NCBI GenBank assembly: GCA_965199825.1 | Contig: OZ241329.1 | Span: 2,432,001-2,496,000, forward strand | Direction of reading: 5' to 3' | Length of the DNA: 64,000 bases | Source: Bdellovibrionales bacterium | GTDB lineage: Bacteria; Bdellovibrionota; Bdellovibrionia; Bdellovibrionales; UBA1609 | Shown here: in pieces, positions 60,107 to 64,000 of the stretch | Numbering within the stretch: the first letter of the stretch is position 1 | Layout of the letters: every line of letters starts with the position of its first letter | Notes under the pieces: model-generated | What the model saw: only the letters and a program-made list of their open reading frames with translations | Told to the model about the DNA's origin: nothing | The model's database searches: none | Position numbers and translations under genes: made by a program

Positions 60107-61242
60107 CACGGATTAATGGTGGTTACAAATCGCATTCCATCATCGGTGACTTGGACTACGACGGCGGATTTAACCGCGTCTCGCTTTTGATTGATGCTGA
60201 TATTGCCCGTCACCCCTTGAAGATTTTTAAGATTCAAAAGGGCAAGCCGAATATTATCAGGCGTTAAAGGATTGGCATTTTTTAGGGCTTGGATGGCGGC
60301 AAGTCCTGCATCATACCCTGCCGCCGAAAGACCGTCGGGCTTAGATGTAAAACGAGTTTTAAATCTTTTAACAAAATCGACAATAAAGGGGTCAGGATTT
60401 TCAGAATTAAAATGAGTCGAAAAGTAAGAACCGATCACCGCGCTTTTGCCGATTTCTTTTAATTTTGGCGACTCCCAACCATCACCACCAAGAAGAGTGG
60501 TTTTGATTCCGAGCTGGCGGGCTTGGCGAGCGATCAACCCCACACCGGTGTAGTAGCCTGGAATAAAAAGTCCATCAGGATTTTGACTACGAATTTCGGT
60601 GAGCTGAGCTTTGAAATCATTGTCGTCACCAGAATAATTTTGTTCGCTCACAATTTCGCCACCAAGAGTTTTAAAATCTTTTTTAAAACTTTCGGCAAAA
60701 CCAATGCTGTAATCCGATTTAAGATCTTTAAGAATCGCGATGCGCTTGAGTTTTAGATTTTTGGCCGCAAACTCGGCCATCACGTGACCTTGAAATACGG
60801 ATGTAAAACAAATTCGAAAAATAAAATCGCCGACCTCGGTAATTTTTGGATCCACCGATGAGGGCGTGATCAAAGGAATTTTATATTGTTGAGCAATGGG
60901 TGCTGCGAACAAAGTGCGCGGCGATGCGACTTCGCCCAAAATCAAAATCACTTTATCTTGAGTGATCAAGCGCTTAACGACTGTAGCGGCCTCATCGGGC
61001 TTTCCCTGATCATCGTAAGTGATCAGCCGAATTTTTCGACCGTTGATTCCGCCCTTGGCATTTTGTTCCTCAAACGCAAGCTTGATTCCATAGCTATCGC
61101 TGAGACCAAAAGTGGCCTCAGATCCGGTTAAGGATTCATATTCACCAACCAAGATATCTTGGTTTTCGAGAATGACAGGTTTTTGAGGTGTGCATGCGAC
61201 AAAAGCGCAAACGCTCCAGAGTACTAGAATTTTTAAAAGCAT
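60106..61242 (-). CDS. Branched-chain amino acid ABC substrate-binding lipoprotein (LivJ/K-like)
   Basis: FVAC lipobox; SLTG, GGINGRKI...DD, GEVAS, GGDGW. Confidence 0.9.
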   Translation of the reverse strand: MLLKILVLWSVCAFVACTPQKPVILENQDILVGEYESLTGSEATFGLSDSYGIKLAFEEQNAKGGINGRKIRLITYDDQGKPDEAATVVKRLITQDKVILILGEVASPRTLFAAPIAQQYKIPLITPSSVDPKITEVGDFIFRICFTSVFQGHVMAEFAAKNLKLKRIAILKDLKSDYSIGFAESFKKDFKTLGGEIVSEQNYSGDDNDFKAQLTEIRSQNPDGLFIPGYYTGVGLIARQARQLGIKTTLLGGDGWESPKLKEIGKSAVIGSYFSTHFNSENPDPFIVDFVKRFKTRFTSKPDGLSAAGYDAGLAAIQALKNANPLTPDNIRLALLNLKNLQGVTGNISINQKRDAVKSAVVVQVTDDGMRFVTTINP

Positions 61243-61282
61243 GACGGCAAATACTAGCGAGGGCTTAAGAAGTTTGCAATCT

Positions 61283-61801
61283 TCAATCTTGGCTGAGCAC
61301 CGCAAATTTCACATCGGTGTAACCGGTGAGCATTGAGGTGTAGAGGACTTTTTGGATGAGTGAATAGGGCAGATCGCGATCGGCTTGGATCAACAATTTG
61401 CCATCAAACTGAACCTTTTCGTTTACAGAGGCAATATCGCGCAGCATTTTGGCTTTTTTATCTAGTTCTTGGTAAAGCGATTTTATAAAAAGATGATCGG
61501 TCTGATCAATATCTTCGGCTTTAAAACTGCCATTTGAAGAAAAATCCAAAACGCGCTGATCTTCGATCGACATTCCGGTTTTTGAAACAATTAATTTTAA
61601 AACATCAACCGGATCGGCAGGGCTTGTCGATGCAGGCAGAGTGAGCTCGGCACTGGGACTGATAACCACAGGAGAGGTGGTGTAGCTTTTAAGTAAGAAC
61701 ACCAAGAGGATCACAAACATATCCACCATCGACGTCACTTGAATTTTGAAGGTCGAAGGGACACGTTTGTCGATATATCTTTTCATTCCTGAGCGGGCCA
61801 T
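61283..61801 (-). CDS. ExbD/TolR family (AglS-like) protein
   Basis: IQVTSMVDMFVILLVFLLKS; IQADRDLPY. Confidence 0.88.
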   Translation of the reverse strand: MARSGMKRYIDKRVPSTFKIQVTSMVDMFVILLVFLLKSYTTSPVVISPSAELTLPASTSPADPVDVLKLIVSKTGMSIEDQRVLDFSSNGSFKAEDIDQTDHLFIKSLYQELDKKAKMLRDIASVNEKVQFDGKLLIQADRDLPYSLIQKVLYTSMLTGYTDVKFAVLSQD

Positions 61802-61803
61802 AT

Positions 61804-62331
61804 TTACTCCGTGACCACGTTACTAAAAGTAACATCTGGAAACATCAAATCGGTTTGAACATCGTGCCCACTTTTTTCGTCGCGAAACGAAAATTTTGTA
61901 TTCGCAGGTGCACGTCTGACCGCATCCATCACTTTAATAATCTCGTTCACCGAAACTGTTTCTGATGGAGCAAGCTCTAAGCGAAAAAGGCCGGGATAAT
62001 TTCTTTTTACGGTGGCAGCCATTGCGGTCAAAGCTGCAAGATCAAATATTCCATTTTTTAAAGCCACTTTATTGTCTGAGGTGTGGCCCTTGTCGTTAAC
62101 ACTAAAATTAAAACCATCACTCTTATTCATCTTGAGCTGAAGGCTCACACCCGGCGGTGTGGGCTGCTGTTGATCTTTTACAACTGCAGGAACTGGAGTC
62201 TCGATCATTTTCACTTGGATAAAGCACACACTGATCAGCAACATTGGAATCACCGTCACGATGATGTCCAACATTGGTGCAAGGTTTAATTCAAACGTCG
62301 CGTCGTCAGCGCGCTTCATCCAGCGAGCCAT
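61804..62331 (-). CDS. ExbD/TolR family protein
   Basis: ELNLAPMLDII TM helix with conserved Asp; IIKVMDAVR. Confidence 0.85.
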   Translation of the reverse strand: MARWMKRADDATFELNLAPMLDIIVTVIPMLLISVCFIQVKMIETPVPAVVKDQQQPTPPGVSLQLKMNKSDGFNFSVNDKGHTSDNKVALKNGIFDLAALTAMAATVKRNYPGLFRLELAPSETVSVNEIIKVMDAVRRAPANTKFSFRDEKSGHDVQTDLMFPDVTFSNVVTE

Positions 62332-62332
62332 G

Positions 62333-63052
62333 TTACGACGCTCTCGCCTTTGGTGGCACTGCAGGTGGAGTGACCATTCGGTCTTGATTTAAATTTGCTG
62401 GGAATACATTTTGTGTTTGAAAGGGCTCATATTCACGTGAGCGCAAAGCATCCATCACTTTTGTTGAATGCTCATCCACTTCAGCAAACAATCGACCTTG
62501 TTTTGCATGTAAAAATGAGTAAACAAACATTGTTGGTATCGCAACCATCAATCCCATTGCGGTTGCGGTCATCGCAATCGAAATCCCTTGGGCAAGAATT
62601 GTCTGCTTTTGGGCGGCATCGGCAAAACTGATCGCTTTAAACGAAACAATCAGACCGATTACGGTTCCGAATAAACCTATTAAGGTGACAACGTTCGACA
62701 CCATCGCAAGATAACCTAAGTTTTTGATCAGCTTTGGTGCGATTTCGCTCGCCGCAATATCGAGTGCATGTTGTTGTGAGCTCTCATCGCGATCGGCACG
62801 CTCAAGAATTCGTTTTACCACGTAAGCCAAAGGCTTTTTTTCGTTGGCAGAACAAAACGTGATCGCCTCTTCTATTTTATCTTCAGAAAGTAAGGCCATC
62901 ACTTGCTTCATAAATGGTCCTGCTGGCAGGGCCAATTCAAAGTACAATGCTCTTACTCGATCAGCGACCAATACCATGGCAAATAATCCCACGAGACTGA
63001 TACAAAAATCGGCTACGAAATAATCGGTCAGAAAACTCAATACGCTTTCCAT
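62333..63052 (-). CDS. MotA/TolQ/ExbB proton channel (AglR-like)
   Basis: TLIGLFGTVIGLI, GISIAMTATAMGLMVAIP; GAGGAG RBS. Confidence 0.92.
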   Translation of the reverse strand: MESVLSFLTDYFVADFCISLVGLFAMVLVADRVRALYFELALPAGPFMKQVMALLSEDKIEEAITFCSANEKKPLAYVVKRILERADRDESSQQHALDIAASEIAPKLIKNLGYLAMVSNVVTLIGLFGTVIGLIVSFKAISFADAAQKQTILAQGISIAMTATAMGLMVAIPTMFVYSFLHAKQGRLFAEVDEHSTKVMDALRSREYEPFQTQNVFPANLNQDRMVTPPAVPPKARAS

Positions 63053-63140
63053 AATTTTAAAGCTCCTCTAGTGGTTCTTTTTCGGAAGCTTTAAACAGAT
63101 ATTGGAATGTTTTGTTTAGTGTTGAGTTTTTTTACAGGCC

Positions 63141-63500
63141 TTAGAACGAGAATGGAAACTGGGTGGTCTGTCCATTGGCTTTGATCTCGATAAACCATTT
63201 TCCACCCATACCAAGGTAGAGGTCGCCGACCTCAAATTGACCCGACTGTGAGAGAGGTTTTAAATTCGGTGGCTTGATCGACATATGCATCTCGTACATA
63301 TCGAGATTAAAACTGGGCTTAGACACATCCATTGGTTTTTTTGATGCGCAATCCAAGAATTGAATTTGAAATGCGGTTTCTTTTGAAGCGCTGGGACCCT
63401 TGACCCAGGTCAACTGTGCACAAGTTTTTTGGTCTTTAAAAACAATGTTTTCAACAGCGAAGGCACCTAATTGTAATATCAAAAGGATTATGTAACTCAT
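63141..63500 (-). CDS. Secreted YtkA/FixH-like Ig-fold protein
   Basis: Signal peptide; LDMYEMHM; LYLGMGGKWFIEI. Confidence 0.6.
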   Translation of the reverse strand: MSYIILLILQLGAFAVENIVFKDQKTCAQLTWVKGPSASKETAFQIQFLDCASKKPMDVSKPSFNLDMYEMHMSIKPPNLKPLSQSGQFEVGDLYLGMGGKWFIEIKANGQTTQFPFSF

Positions 63501-63534
63501 AACCAGCAATGATCAAATTTTTGAGGCGAAATCA

Positions 63535-64000
63535 ATGACTATTTACGCAATACTTTTGTCTTTTGCAGCCGCACTTTCGATTTCTAGTGAGCAAATAAAA
63601 GATCTGCGGCTCGATTCAAAACTCAAAGTGGTCGCTTTTTTATCGGCGGACTGCCCCTGCTCGACCGATCACGAATCCTTACTCAAAAGTTCACAACTTG
63701 AAAATAAAGAGATTCAGCATGTGGTGATTGCAGCCCGGTCGGAGCATTTTATAGATTTCCCGATTCCAGTAGTGACGGATTTAAAATCCCGATTGGCCAA
63801 TGTGTTTCGGGTGGCGCGTACGCCTCATGTGTTTTTATTGGATCAAACAAATCATGTTTTGTTTCAAGGTGGGATCACAGACTCGCGCCGGGTTTCGACC
63901 GCCAAAAAAAATTATTTAAAGCAAGCGATTGAAGAAGCCTTGAATGGTCAGCTCATCACCAAACCCGAAGCGAAAGTTTTAGGATGCGTGCTGGAGCGTT
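63535..64000 (+). CDS. Secreted thioredoxin-fold redoxin, stop codon outside window
   Basis: Not in ORF track. MTIYAILLSFAAA...FLSADCPCS...ARTPHVFL...FQGGITD...GCVLER. Confidence 0.8.
   Translation, partial: MTIYAILLSFAAALSISSEQIKDLRLDSKLKVVAFLSADCPCSTDHESLLKSSQLENKEIQHVVIAARSEHFIDFPIPVVTDLKSRLANVFRVARTPHVFLLDQTNHVLFQGGITDSRRVSTAKKNYLKQAIEEALNGQLITKPEAKVLGCVLER

Noticed and set aside
1..64000. CRISPR array, prophage, rRNA, retron/DGR or named defence system
   Set aside because: No regularly spaced repeats, cas, phage structural, reverse transcriptase or rRNA signatures seen by eye

Overview
Bacterial chromosomal window. Gene order and content (ffh-rpsP-KH-rimM-trmD-SPOUT-rplS-rnhB-yraN, VKOR-DsbA fusion, AglRS-like ExbB/ExbD/ExbD triad, many signal-peptide orphans) suggest a Bdellovibrionota-like organism; this is inference. 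1-23.1 kb is core: ChaN-like, VKOR-DsbA, lptD, translation cluster, ABC exporter, frameshifted HD-GYP, TrhO, mscL, GT4-deacetylase fusion, TolC-MacAB. tRNA-Pro(CGG) at 23144-23220 is followed by a structured ~160 nt element bracketed by inverted and direct copies of the tRNA 3' end. A ~23 kb accessory region (23.5-46.7 kb, no integrase seen) is packed with secreted orphan proteins. Several carry enzyme signatures: a diphtheria/exotoxin-A-type ART Y-x10-Y motif, two PRTase-like proteins, a papain-like protease, and an HExxH zincin with a motif-dead paralog. Many share a terminal C-x3-L motif. The region also holds an inactivated IS3/IS2-group element and paralog remnants. At 46.8-51.7 kb is a tightly coupled operon (RoxA/MauG-like diheme cytochrome c, cupredoxin, class-3 aldehyde dehydrogenase, patatin), a candidate lipid C=C cleavage pathway. 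The rest encodes a hybrid kinase, an ABC pair, a dienelactone hydrolase, a liv-type transporter, ExbBDD and a redoxin. All family calls are by-eye motif recognition; no searches were run.
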